Source: Candidatus Iainarchaeum sp. (GTDB taxonomy: Archaea; Iainarchaeota; Iainarchaeia; Iainarchaeales; CSSED10-239). Taken from it: a stretch of DNA of 32,000 nucleotides. Positions 24,092-32,000 of the stretch are shown here, piece by piece. The stretch lies in assembly GCA_037441475.1 (NCBI GenBank), contig JBBISB010000001.1, positions 547,465 through 579,464 of the forward strand, written 5' to 3'. Each line of letters opens with the position of its first letter. Position 1 is the first letter of the stretch. The notes beneath the pieces were generated by a model, which did no database searches, was not told where the DNA came from, and saw only the letters and a list, made by a program, of their open reading frames with translations. The position numbers were made by a program, and so were the translations under genes.

Positions 24092-24987
24092 TTTTTAACT
24101 CTCCTTAAGTTAAGGTTTTCTGCATACTTTGCTTTTCCAAAGTTCTTTCCAAGTTTTTCGTTTCTAGATTTATCTCTATAATGTATAACTCTATCCTCTC
24201 TTTCTTGTAAACTTTCTTGAGAGATAATCCCTGGTCCACCTACACATCCCCCTTTACAAAAAAGCATATCTAAAAACCTAATTTCTTTATTTTCCTTAAA
24301 CTTTAATATTGCTTTGTCAATTTCTTGTATACCATCAGCAATAACAATCTCTTCTTGTTTTAATATCTGTCTATTGTTAATAGTTTCAGCAACAGCTCCA
24401 GAAAGAGGATATATCTTTGTATAGTCATTATAGAATTTATCAAAACTTTTACTTTCATTTTCTTTCTTTGTATAGTATCCATTTTTTTTAGCATACAAAA
24501 ACATGTCATTAACTTCTTTAAAGGTAAGTGCAAAGTCAACCTCTTTATTTTCCTTAGCCTCTTGTTTCTTTGAAAAGCATGGTCCTACAAAAGCAATTAA
24601 GTGGTTAGGATACTTTTCTTTCATAAACCTTGCCATAACCACCATTGGTGAGGCTATATCCATAATATCTTTTTTAATCTCTGGATATTTATTTTCAATA
24701 TACTTAACAACACTAGGACAGTTGCCACAGATATGTTGTTTTTTTTTATTTTTTGTGATTTGTGCATGTATCTCTTTGTTTATTATTTTTGCAGAGTAGG
24801 TAAGTTCAACTATTTTGTTAAACCCTATCCTTCTAAGCTCAACTATAACTTTAGGATACTTAAAGTCCACAACAAAGCTTGGTGCAAGAAGACAAATAAC
24901 TTTCTTTTTATTAATTATTTTTAATGTTTCTAAAAGTTCATTATTAATTTCCATTTTTTTCTTCACATCCTTATTTAATAAAATCAA
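24088..24987 (-). CDS. Short [FeFe]-hydrogenase-like protein: H-cluster (Fe_hyd_lg_C-type) domain only, no ferredoxin-like N-terminal domains
   Basis: LAPSFVVDF entry strand. P1-like HICGNCPSV (canonical TSCCP). P2 GPCFSKKQEA (canonical MPCxxKxxE, with Lys and Glu aligned). P3 DMLFCKGGCVGGPG (canonical ExMxCxxGCxxGGG). Length is 299 aa, or 288 aa from the alternative ATG at 24954. Confidence 0.65.
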   Translation of the reverse strand: MILLNKDVKKKMEINNELLETLKIINKKKVICLLAPSFVVDFKYPKVIVELRRIGFNKIVELTYSAKIINKEIHAQITKNKKKQHICGNCPSVVKYIENKYPEIKKDIMDIASPMVVMARFMKEKYPNHLIAFVGPCFSKKQEAKENKEVDFALTFKEVNDMFLYAKKNGYYTKKENESKSFDKFYNDYTKIYPLSGAVAETINNRQILKQEEIVIADGIQEIDKAILKFKENKEIRFLDMLFCKGGCVGGPGIISQESLQEREDRVIHYRDKSRNEKLGKNFGKAKYAENLNLRRVKN

Positions 24988-25999
24988 TCACTTTACTTTT
25001 TTTATTTTTCAAAAGAATAATTCTTGATTCTTTCTGTTCATTATGTATCTTAAACAATTTAGATCTTTTTTCAATTTCTTTTGAAAACTCCACAACATCA
25101 TTATGTGTTGGCATATTTTCAGCAGTTAAGTTATCTCTTGATGAACCTAAATGCATGTATGATTTTATCTCAAGATAATCTGTATTACTTCTTTCAAACA
25201 TTTCAATAAACTTATCTAAATACTCTAAGGAGTCATTAAGCCCATTAATCAAAGTAAACCTAACCACTTTTCTACATTTAAGGCTTGGATAAATATCAAT
25301 AGTTTTGTTCAGTCTTTGCCAACTATCTTTAATCTTCGTCTTATTTATTTTATGATGCATCTTTTCATCACATGCAACAATAGATAAATAAAGTTGTGTA
25401 GGTAGAGATTTATTTTTATTCATCTCTAAGAGCCTATCTGGTTCCATTCCATTAGTTACAATAAAGATACTTCTCATTTCTTTTTTCTTCTTTAAGTAAA
25501 GCACCATCTCTCCAAGTTTAGGATATATGGTAGGTTCACCTGCAAGCGAGATTGCAACATGCGTTGGAACAATTGCTTCATCATACTTTTTCTTTAAAAC
25601 CTTAGGGTTTCCCTTAAAGCCTGTAAGTAACTTTATTCTTTCTTCAAAAAGTCCATCAATAATTTCTTTAGCATCATCAAGTTGTTTTTCATCCATCTTC
25701 CATTCTTTCATGTACTCTGCAGGTCTCCAGCAAAAACTACAGTTAAGGTGACAGTTAACAACAGTAGGTGTTATTTGTGCACATCTATGACAATCAACAT
25801 TATAAAATTTTTCTTTATAGCAAACTCCTTGACCTCTAAATGCCTTTTTATTCCATCCACAAATCTCCACTGCCGAGTGTTTACCATAAATTCCATAATG
25901 CTTATGTCTTAAATCTTTAAAAATTTCTTCTTTTGTTTTATTCTCTTTTGTCATAGAAATATTATTTTTAATAGTCTTTTTAAACATTTTTGTTTTCAA
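24971..25999 (-). CDS. taw1: tRNA 4-demethylwyosine synthase Taw1/TYW1 (radical SAM)
   Basis: CHRCAQITPTVVNCHLNCSFCWRP, which holds the radical-SAM CxxxCxxC inside the TYW1-specific context. There is also an upstream Cys pair (EICGW...GVCYKE) and a C-terminal EIKSYMHLGSSRDNL...MPTH wyosine-formation pattern. The exact start among several Met codons is uncertain. Confidence 0.75.
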   Translation of the reverse strand: MKTKMFKKTIKNNISMTKENKTKEEIFKDLRHKHYGIYGKHSAVEICGWNKKAFRGQGVCYKEKFYNVDCHRCAQITPTVVNCHLNCSFCWRPAEYMKEWKMDEKQLDDAKEIIDGLFEERIKLLTGFKGNPKVLKKKYDEAIVPTHVAISLAGEPTIYPKLGEMVLYLKKKKEMRSIFIVTNGMEPDRLLEMNKNKSLPTQLYLSIVACDEKMHHKINKTKIKDSWQRLNKTIDIYPSLKCRKVVRFTLINGLNDSLEYLDKFIEMFERSNTDYLEIKSYMHLGSSRDNLTAENMPTHNDVVEFSKEIEKRSKLFKIHNEQKESRIILLKNKKSKVIDFIK

Positions 26000-26032
26000 T
26001 ATATATTATAATTTTATAAAAGGTGATTATTT

Positions 26033-27604
26033 TTGGCAGCTAAAAAAACAAAAAGTAAATTTTCAACAAAAGCTCCTAAGAAAATAGAAGTTGTTTTTGA
26101 AGATTCAAACAAAGTTATTAAAAAAGAAAAACCTGTTTTTAATAAAAAATCTAACAAACAAAAAGTTTCTTTTGAAAAATCTCCACCAAAGAGTGTTTCT
26201 AAAGCACATAAACATAATGAAGAACATAAACACCATGAAACTCATAAACATGTTACTAAAGAAACTAAAAAAAATAAAACTAAAGATTACATAATTATTG
26301 GTATTTTAGCTTTATTAATAATAGGTATAGTTGTCATCGCCTTTTTAGTTCCAGTGGACTTTAATAAAGATGATGTGGTAATAGATAAAAATGCTCCTGT
26401 AATTGACAAAAATCAAAATTTAGATTTAAATATAGAAAACTTTGAAAAAAGATCATTAGCAGTTACAATGAACATCTTAAAAGACATGAGAGAGTATCAA
26501 AAGAATATCTTAGAAGAAAACTATGAAAGCTTATCTATAAATAAAGAAGAGATGGATACTTGTCTTTTAGAAAATAATTTCCTTTTAGAAGATACAAATT
26601 TATTTGATTATCCTAAAGTTAAATTAATTCAGAATGACTTTATGGAAGCTCAAGAGAGATTTGTTTTATCTACACCAACCATGTATGTTAATGGTTATTA
26701 TTTAACAGGTGTTAAGGATTACAATACTTTTACAAACTTTATAGATGATGTAAAAGACTCAGAGAGTTTAACCTTAGATTACAATAACAAATCTTTCAGT
26801 TATACTAATGATTCTTTAAAAGTATATTATGTTTACGACAAGGAATCAGAGTTAATAAAAGAATCAAACTTAGCATTCATTGACTATTTAAAAACATCTG
26901 AACTTTTAATATCAAATGTCAATTCCGTTTTTACAACCATCTTTGATATTAACAATATAGAGTATGTTCAATATAATACAGAGAAAGGAAAAGAAATTCT
27001 ACAAACAATTGATGCAGAAGCTTTACCAGCAATCTATATTTTAGGAGATGTTTCTTCCCTTGATTTCAATGGACAAGATAACACCGAGATTTTCAATGTC
27101 ATTTTTGAAAAAGAAACTATAAACAACGGTTATATATTTAAGAAAGAAGTTTTACCTCAATTAATAATAGGTAGTTCTTTTGATGGCGTTTATAGAGTCT
27201 TGGACTATAAAACTTTAGTAAAAGAAGATGACAAGGTTTTAGGTTCTCTTGATGCAGAAACAACAATAATTCTTTTCACAGACTATGATTGTCCTTTCTG
27301 TAGACAACTTGAAACAGATACCTTAACAGATATTTTTTCTGAAAATTACATGGATACAGGAAAGGCAAACCTTGTAATCAAACCAATGGTTACAAACGAT
27401 ATCTTTTCAATCTTCCCTATACTTTTCTTAAAATGTTCTGAAAATCAAGATGCTTCTCTTGCAGTTCATAAAAAAATATTTGAACTTAATCCTGTTATTG
27501 GGGTTCAACCAGTTTATGATCTTGTAAGTTTAAAGTATGCTGAGGAAATGGCAGCTTTAGAGGTAGAATATTCTTTGATAATGTCTTCAATGGAAGGAAA
27601 TTAA
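26033..27604 (+). CDS. Membrane-anchored extracytoplasmic DsbA/thioredoxin-like protein with a cytoplasmic Lys/His-rich tail
   Basis: TTG start with GGTGAT SD (26022..26027). K/H-rich tail (SKAHKHNEEHKHHETHKH). One TM (YIIIGILALLIIGIVVIAFLV). DsbA-type segments STPTMYVNGYYLTG (aa 213-226) and ILFTDYDCPFCRQ (CPFC at aa 420-423, nt 27290..27301). Confidence 0.6.
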   Translation: MAAKKTKSKFSTKAPKKIEVVFEDSNKVIKKEKPVFNKKSNKQKVSFEKSPPKSVSKAHKHNEEHKHHETHKHVTKETKKNKTKDYIIIGILALLIIGIVVIAFLVPVDFNKDDVVIDKNAPVIDKNQNLDLNIENFEKRSLAVTMNILKDMREYQKNILEENYESLSINKEEMDTCLLENNFLLEDTNLFDYPKVKLIQNDFMEAQERFVLSTPTMYVNGYYLTGVKDYNTFTNFIDDVKDSESLTLDYNNKSFSYTNDSLKVYYVYDKESELIKESNLAFIDYLKTSELLISNVNSVFTTIFDINNIEYVQYNTEKGKEILQTIDAEALPAIYILGDVSSLDFNGQDNTEIFNVIFEKETINNGYIFKKEVLPQLIIGSSFDGVYRVLDYKTLVKEDDKVLGSLDAETTIILFTDYDCPFCRQLETDTLTDIFSENYMDTGKANLVIKPMVTNDIFSIFPILFLKCSENQDASLAVHKKIFELNPVIGVQPVYDLVSLKYAEEMAALEVEYSLIMSSMEGN

Positions 27605-27682
27605 TTATTTTCCTTTCTATTTTCTATTTTTTCTAAAATAGATTTCCTTTATATATTTATTTATTCATAATATATATATCGT

Positions 27683-27755
27683 GGGTCCGTGGCCTAGTGG
27701 ATAGGGCAACAGCCTTCTAAGCTGTGGGTCGAGGGTTCAAATCCCTCCGGACTCG
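27683..27755 (+). tRNA. tRNA-Arg (anticodon UCU)
   Basis: Hand-folded. Acceptor GGGTCCG/CGGACTC (one G.U); D-loop GCCTAGTGGATAGGGC; anticodon stem ACAGC/GCTGT with loop CTTCTAA; T-arm GAGGG-TTCAAAT-CCCTC; discriminator G. No CCA is encoded. A TTTATATA box lies at 27648..27655. Confidence 0.9.
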
Positions 27756-27786
27756 CTTTTCTACTTTAAAAAAAAGGTTATAAAAA

Positions 27787-29493
27787 ATGTATTATAAAAA
27801 AGATTTTGCAAAAATAATTCATGATATCTTAGATGACTCTAATTTTACACTTAAAGATATTGAAAACATAATTTTAGTTCCACCTTCAAGAGATTTAGGA
27901 GACTTATCCTTTCCAGTTTTCCAATTTTCAAAAATTTATAAAAAATCTCCTTTAGAGATATCTAAATCCTTATTTTCAAAACTTCCAAAAAGTAAAATTT
28001 TTATTTTCTCTGAAGTTAATGGTTACATTAATGCAAGGATAGATGATTCCTTTTTATTAAAGGAAACAATATCAGAAGTTATTAATAAAAAAGAAAAATA
28101 TGGTTCCTTAACTATTGATAATAAACAGTATGTTGTTGATACCTTTAATGCAAATCCTTTAAAGACCTTACACATAGGGCATGTAAGAAACATTGTCACT
28201 GGAGATTTTGTTTCTAGAATTTTAAAAAAAGTTGGAGCTGATCCAAAACCAGTTTCTTATGGTGGAGATATAGGCACACATGTTGCTAAATGGTATTGGT
28301 ATTATAAAAAACTACCAAATGAAAAAAAAATAATTCCTTCAAAAGACGTTTCTAAATGGTTTGGAAACATCTATATAAAAGCAGGTCTTTTACTTGAAAC
28401 AAATAAAGAGGTCTATAAGCAAGAGATAGATGACTTGCAAGTAGAGATTATGAATAATCCTTCTCTTCAACAAGAGATTAAAGAGCTTGCTATGAAGAGC
28501 CATCAAGCCTACATGAATATAGGTCAAGAGCTTAACTGTTTAGTAGATAGTAGCTTTTTTGAATCTGATACTGAAAAAAGATTTTTTGAAATTAAAGAAG
28601 ATGTCTTTTCAAAACATAAAGATGTTTTTATAGAAAGTGAAGGTGCAATTGTTGCTGATTTAAAGGACGAAAGTTTAGGCAATTTTATTTTAATAAAACA
28701 AAATGGTGCTGCTCTTTATGGAGCAAAAGACCTTGGTCTTGTTTCTTTAAAGAAAAAAAGATACCCTTCTTGTAATGATTTTTTATATGTAGTTGCTTCA
28801 GAACAGGATTTTTATTTTAAACAATTATTTAAGTTATTTACATTTATCTATCCTTCAACAAATCATGTTCACATAAACCATGGTTTAATAAATACTTCAG
28901 AAGGTAAAATGAAATCAAGAGAGGGAGAGAGCTTTTTATACGAGGACTTTAGAGACTCTTTATTTGAAGGTGTTAAAGCAAAACTTATAGAGAATGCCTT
29001 AGAGATTGACGATACAATCATTAGAGATATTTCTTTTGGTGTAATTAAGTTTGAGATGCTTAAAACAAACTTAAACAAAACAATAGTTTTTGATATTTCA
29101 TCAGCCTTAGACTTTCAAGGAGACTCTTCTCCATACGTCCAGTATAGTGGAGTGAGAGCAAAAAGTATTTTAAAAAAATCTAACTCCGAAAATATATCTT
29201 TAGAAAAATTAAATCCCTCTTATCTTTTAGAAAAAGAAGAAGTCTTACTTGCCTTGAAAATAAATGATTATAAAGAAAAAGTTTTCTTAGCATACACTGG
29301 TTTTAAATCACATGTTATTGTAAACTATGTTTTAGAACTTTCACATATCTTCAATAAATTTTACACCGCTTGTCCAGTCTTGGTTGGAGATGAAAACACA
29401 AAGAACACAAGACTTTTTTTAATAAAGGCTTTCTTAATAACTTTAGAAAACTCCTTAGATCTTCTAGGTATAAAGGTTCCTGAGAAAATGTGA
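27787..29493 (+). CDS. argS: Arginyl-tRNA synthetase
   Basis: Class-I HIGH motif NPLKTLHIGHVRN, a KMSK-like GKMKSREG, and a C-terminal DALR-type anticodon-binding helix region (...NYVLELSHIFNKFY). Length is 568 aa. Confidence 0.9.
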   Translation: MYYKKDFAKIIHDILDDSNFTLKDIENIILVPPSRDLGDLSFPVFQFSKIYKKSPLEISKSLFSKLPKSKIFIFSEVNGYINARIDDSFLLKETISEVINKKEKYGSLTIDNKQYVVDTFNANPLKTLHIGHVRNIVTGDFVSRILKKVGADPKPVSYGGDIGTHVAKWYWYYKKLPNEKKIIPSKDVSKWFGNIYIKAGLLLETNKEVYKQEIDDLQVEIMNNPSLQQEIKELAMKSHQAYMNIGQELNCLVDSSFFESDTEKRFFEIKEDVFSKHKDVFIESEGAIVADLKDESLGNFILIKQNGAALYGAKDLGLVSLKKKRYPSCNDFLYVVASEQDFYFKQLFKLFTFIYPSTNHVHINHGLINTSEGKMKSREGESFLYEDFRDSLFEGVKAKLIENALEIDDTIIRDISFGVIKFEMLKTNLNKTIVFDISSALDFQGDSSPYVQYSGVRAKSILKKSNSENISLEKLNPSYLLEKEEVLLALKINDYKEKVFLAYTGFKSHVIVNYVLELSHIFNKFYTACPVLVGDENTKNTRLFLIKAFLITLENSLDLLGIKVPEKM

Positions 29494-29497
29494 TTTC

Positions 29498-30115
29498 ATG
29501 AAAAAGAACTCTTTTGATATTGTAATGGATGATTTAATAGAGAACAATAGCTTAGCTGATTTAGAATCAATCTTTTCAAAACTAAATATAAAGACTGTTT
29601 ATGTCTTAAGAGAGGTTTCTAAAAAAGAAGATTTTAAGGCACCTTTTGAAATCCATAAATCTCATCAAGTGACTTTTAAAAAAGCCTATCTTCTAAAAGA
29701 CCTTTCTCTCTTACATTTCTATAAAGGAGATGATCTTCTTTTAGTTGAGTCTGGTTCTTTAAAGAATAATACTTTAATTTCAACTAACAAAAATGTGGAT
29801 TTTTTAAAAGACCCATTATCAGATAAACTTAGCTTTGATGAACAGAATGCAAGATCTTGTAGTCAGAATAAAATAAAGGTTGTTTTTGATATTAATAAAC
29901 TAAGGGGTAAGGATAAAAATCAAGCTATTAAACAATCTTCCTTTATTATTAACCTTTTAAAGATACATTCAGTGGATATGTTTTTTGTAACTTTTGCAAA
30001 AACAAAAGAAGACTTAGTTTCAATTAAACCAATACTTTCAAATCTTTTAAAAAACTTTAATCTAGAAGAGGCCACCATTAATAGGTTCTTATCAAAGGAC
30101 ATCTTAAAGAAATAA
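29498..30115 (+). CDS. rnp3: Probable RNase P protein component 3 (Rpp30 family)
   Basis: The size (205 aa) fits. Remembered archaeal Rpp30 patterns match weakly by eye (LLLVESGSL.., VDFLKDPL, IKVVFDINKL, FFVTFAKTKEDL). Its position immediately upstream of the Pop5 homologue and psmA matches the conserved archaeal superoperon. Confidence 0.5.
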   Translation: MKKNSFDIVMDDLIENNSLADLESIFSKLNIKTVYVLREVSKKEDFKAPFEIHKSHQVTFKKAYLLKDLSLLHFYKGDDLLLVESGSLKNNTLISTNKNVDFLKDPLSDKLSFDEQNARSCSQNKIKVVFDINKLRGKDKNQAIKQSSFIINLLKIHSVDMFFVTFAKTKEDLVSIKPILSNLLKNFNLEEATINRFLSKDILKK

Positions 30116-30131
30116 TAAAAAATAGATTTTC

Positions 30132-30455
30132 ATGAGTAAACTTAAAAAAAAATTAAATGTTATAAGGCCAACTTTAAGGCATAAGAAACTTTATCTTAAG
30201 CTTGAGTATACAAAGGAATACTCCTCTAACCTTTATACCCTTCTTTTAAAAAACTATGAAAAAATAAATGGTTTATTTTCTTCTTTAGAATGTAATCTAA
30301 CAGTCATGGAAAACGACTATACAACTAAAACAATGGTCGTAAGATTAAACAAAGCATATAAAGAAAGCTTTTTAAGTAGTTTATTCTTTTTAAAGCAAGA
30401 TTTAGGGCTTATCTTTGTTTTAAAAGAAGCATCTACCCTTAATTCTTTAAAATAA
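30132..30455 (+). CDS. rnp2: Probable RNase P protein component 2 (Pop5 family)
   Basis: N-terminal IRPTLRHKKLYLKLEY matches the Pop5 LPPTLR.K.RYI.F.. signature. Length is 107 aa and synteny with psmA supports the call. Confidence 0.6.
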   Translation: MSKLKKKLNVIRPTLRHKKLYLKLEYTKEYSSNLYTLLLKNYEKINGLFSSLECNLTVMENDYTTKTMVVRLNKAYKESFLSSLFFLKQDLGLIFVLKEASTLNSLK

Positions 30456-30689
30456 ACTCTTCTTTTACTAATCATAATGTTTTTATATCTGTTGCTATAA
30501 TATATATATTATACAAGGATACAGAGATAGGAGAAAATACTATATTTAAGGTTAATTTCTTTAAAAGTAGTTTTTTTAAATAGTAAGTTCGTTTTAATTT
30601 CTATAAAAAGAAATGCTTACAAGTAAAACTCTTTTAATAACAAAAAATTATTTTTATAATTTAGATATACAAAAATAAAAGGTGAAAAT

Positions 30690-31412
30690 ATGTTCCCAAT
30701 TTCTAATAACAATGCAACAGCACAAGCTTACGATAGATCAATTACAGTTTTTAGTCCTGAAGGACATTTATACCAAGTTGACTATGCCTCTAAGATAATT
30801 GAAAAAGGAAGTCCAGCAGTAGCTATAACTTACAAAGACGGAATAATCTTAGTTGCTGATAAAAAAATATTCTCTTCATTAATAATTCCAGAGTCTGTAG
30901 AAAAAGTTTTCAAAGTTGATAAACATGTATGGGTTGCATGTTCTGGTCTTATAGGAGACGGAAGAAGACTTGTTGATTATGCAAGACAAATTTCTCAAGA
31001 AAATAAAATTTATTATGATGACCCAATAGAGATAGATACCTTAGTTAAGAAAATAGGTAATGTTGTTCAATATTTCACACAGTACGGTGGAGCAAGACCA
31101 TTTGGGGTTTCTTTAATTGTTGCTGGAATTGATACTTTAGGAAAACACATCTATGAGATTGAACCAAGTGGCGCTACAACAGCTTACAAGGCAATAGCAA
31201 TTGGTCAAAATAAACCTAAGCTTATGGCAAACTTAGAAAAAACTTATAAAGATAATTTAAGTTTTGATGATGCTTTAAAGCTTGCTTTCAAAACCTTAGC
31301 TTTAAATCTTGATGTTAAACAAAAACTTGATGTTAAAAATATTGAAGTTTTAAACATTACAGAGAAAAATGATGCAATTGTTCCTGTGGAGAAATATTCT
31401 AAACTTTTATAA
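30690..31412 (+). CDS. psmA: Proteasome alpha subunit
   Basis: The N-terminal YDRSITVFSPEGHLYQVDYA signature is followed by a typical alpha-subunit core. Length is 240 aa. GGTGA SD lies at 30681..30685. Confidence 0.95.
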   Translation: MFPISNNNATAQAYDRSITVFSPEGHLYQVDYASKIIEKGSPAVAITYKDGIILVADKKIFSSLIIPESVEKVFKVDKHVWVACSGLIGDGRRLVDYARQISQENKIYYDDPIEIDTLVKKIGNVVQYFTQYGGARPFGVSLIVAGIDTLGKHIYEIEPSGATTAYKAIAIGQNKPKLMANLEKTYKDNLSFDDALKLAFKTLALNLDVKQKLDVKNIEVLNITEKNDAIVPVEKYSKLL

Positions 31413-31427
31413 ATTTAAAAAAGGAAG

Positions 31428-31847
31428 ATGAAAATAAATATGCCTCAAGTAAAAAACCCTGCTCTTAAAAAAAATCCTTTAATGCAAGATGTTAAAAAAG
31501 ATTTATCTGTTAAAATGTATGCTCAACAAGCAAGGCTTTTAAAAAAAGTAAATCCTGCTATAAAGGGTAGGTTACTAAATGATCAAAAAATTCTTGCAAA
31601 TCATAGAATTTTAGGCTCAATGGTTAGTTATAAAGTGAGCAATCTTTCTTCTGTTGAAAGAAAAAATGCAGATAAATTATTTCAAGACATGTATGCTAAA
31701 ATAATTTTAAGATCTTCAAATAATCCTGCATATGCAGAAAAATCAGTTACTTTTCTTAAACATTTTTCAGCAGCCTTATACCGAAAAGAAGGAAAAGAAA
31801 TTTTAGAAATTTTAAAAAAAGCATCAGAAGCTGTTAACAAAATATAA
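31428..31847 (+). CDS. Hypothetical protein, 139 aa, basic and helical
   Basis: ORF located between psmA and the SBDS homologue. I recognise no family. The start may be the second ATG at 31440. Confidence 0.4.
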   Translation: MKINMPQVKNPALKKNPLMQDVKKDLSVKMYAQQARLLKKVNPAIKGRLLNDQKILANHRILGSMVSYKVSNLSSVERKNADKLFQDMYAKIILRSSNNPAYAEKSVTFLKHFSAALYRKEGKEILEILKKASEAVNKI

Positions 31848-31864
31848 ATCAAAGGTGATAAATT

Positions 31865-32000
31865 ATGTTTTACAAAGGAGAAAAGAACAAAGGAAATCTA
31901 GAAAACACTGTTGTTGCAAAGATTAAAAAAGGAGAACATACCTTTGAAATTTTAGTGTATCCTTTCCAAGCATGGGATTACAAACATAATTTGCCAAATA
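31865..32000 (+). CDS. sdo1: Ribosome maturation protein SBDS/Sdo1, N-terminal fragment (continues beyond the window)
   Basis: Own translation gives MFYKGEKNKGNLENTVVAKIKKGEHTFEILVYPFQAWDYKHNLPN. This matches the archaeal SBDS N-terminal pattern (..vArl.kgG..FEilVdP..a..yk.g). GGTGAT SD lies at 31854..31859. Its position after psmA is the conserved one. Confidence 0.7.
   Translation, partial: MFYKGEKNKGNLENTVVAKIKKGEHTFEILVYPFQAWDYKHNLPN

Noticed and set aside
24971-25999. Radical-SAM gene immediately upstream of the hydrogenase-like gene considered as an H-cluster maturase (HydE/HydG)
   Set aside because: The CHRCAQITPTVVNCHLNCSFCWRP context and the C-terminal EIKSYMHLGSSR...MPTH pattern are those of Taw1/TYW1 (wyosine biosynthesis), not HydE/HydG. 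The adjacency is probably coincidental.
27683-29493. tRNA-Arg(UCU) placed directly upstream of argS, considered as a regulatory (T-box-like or autoregulatory) arrangement
   Set aside because: The 31-nt spacer has no leader structure, and T-box systems are bacterial. The adjacency is neat but is explained just as well by chance or co-expression.

Overview
Strongly AT-rich, gene-dense archaeal chromosomal window with about 35 protein genes and 2 tRNAs. I saw no rRNA, CRISPR array, transposase/integrase or recognisable defence genes. The informational genes are clearly archaeal: topoisomerase VI B and A, RadA, Mre11, Taw1, ArgRS, and part of the conserved exosome/proteasome superoperon (RNase P proteins Rpp30 and Pop5, proteasome alpha, SBDS/Sdo1). 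Small proteins, GTGAT/GGTGAT Shine-Dalgarno motifs and frequent 4-nt ATGA gene overlaps suggest a small-genome, possibly DPANN-like archaeon, but that is inference only. Metabolic genes are AMP-forming acetyl-CoA synthetase, a porGDAB 2-oxoacid:ferredoxin oxidoreductase operon, a PEP-synthase-like protein, a sufCBD-sufU Fe-S assembly cluster and a NifS/IscS-type cysteine desulfurase. Six things deserve a second look. (1) A full-length LAGLIDADG intein sits in the TPP-binding loop of PorB. (2) A very short H-domain-only [FeFe]-hydrogenase-like protein is co-oriented with Taw1. (3) A translationally coupled operon reads ArsR-like, NifS, DUF1858 CxxC protein, secreted CPYC thioredoxin-fold protein, followed by a 2xTrx-CcdA/DsbD membrane fusion; together they look like a trans-membrane thiol-disulfide relay. 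(4) The ArsR-like gene heading that operon has in-frame TGA and TAG codons in its first 18 codons but is otherwise intact. (5) The PEP-synthase homologue keeps its phosphohistidine but has a degenerate C-terminal PEP/pyruvate site. (6) A 12/15-nt AT-only tandem repeat lies in the divergent promoter upstream of top6B. All family assignments are by-eye motif recognition; no searches were run.
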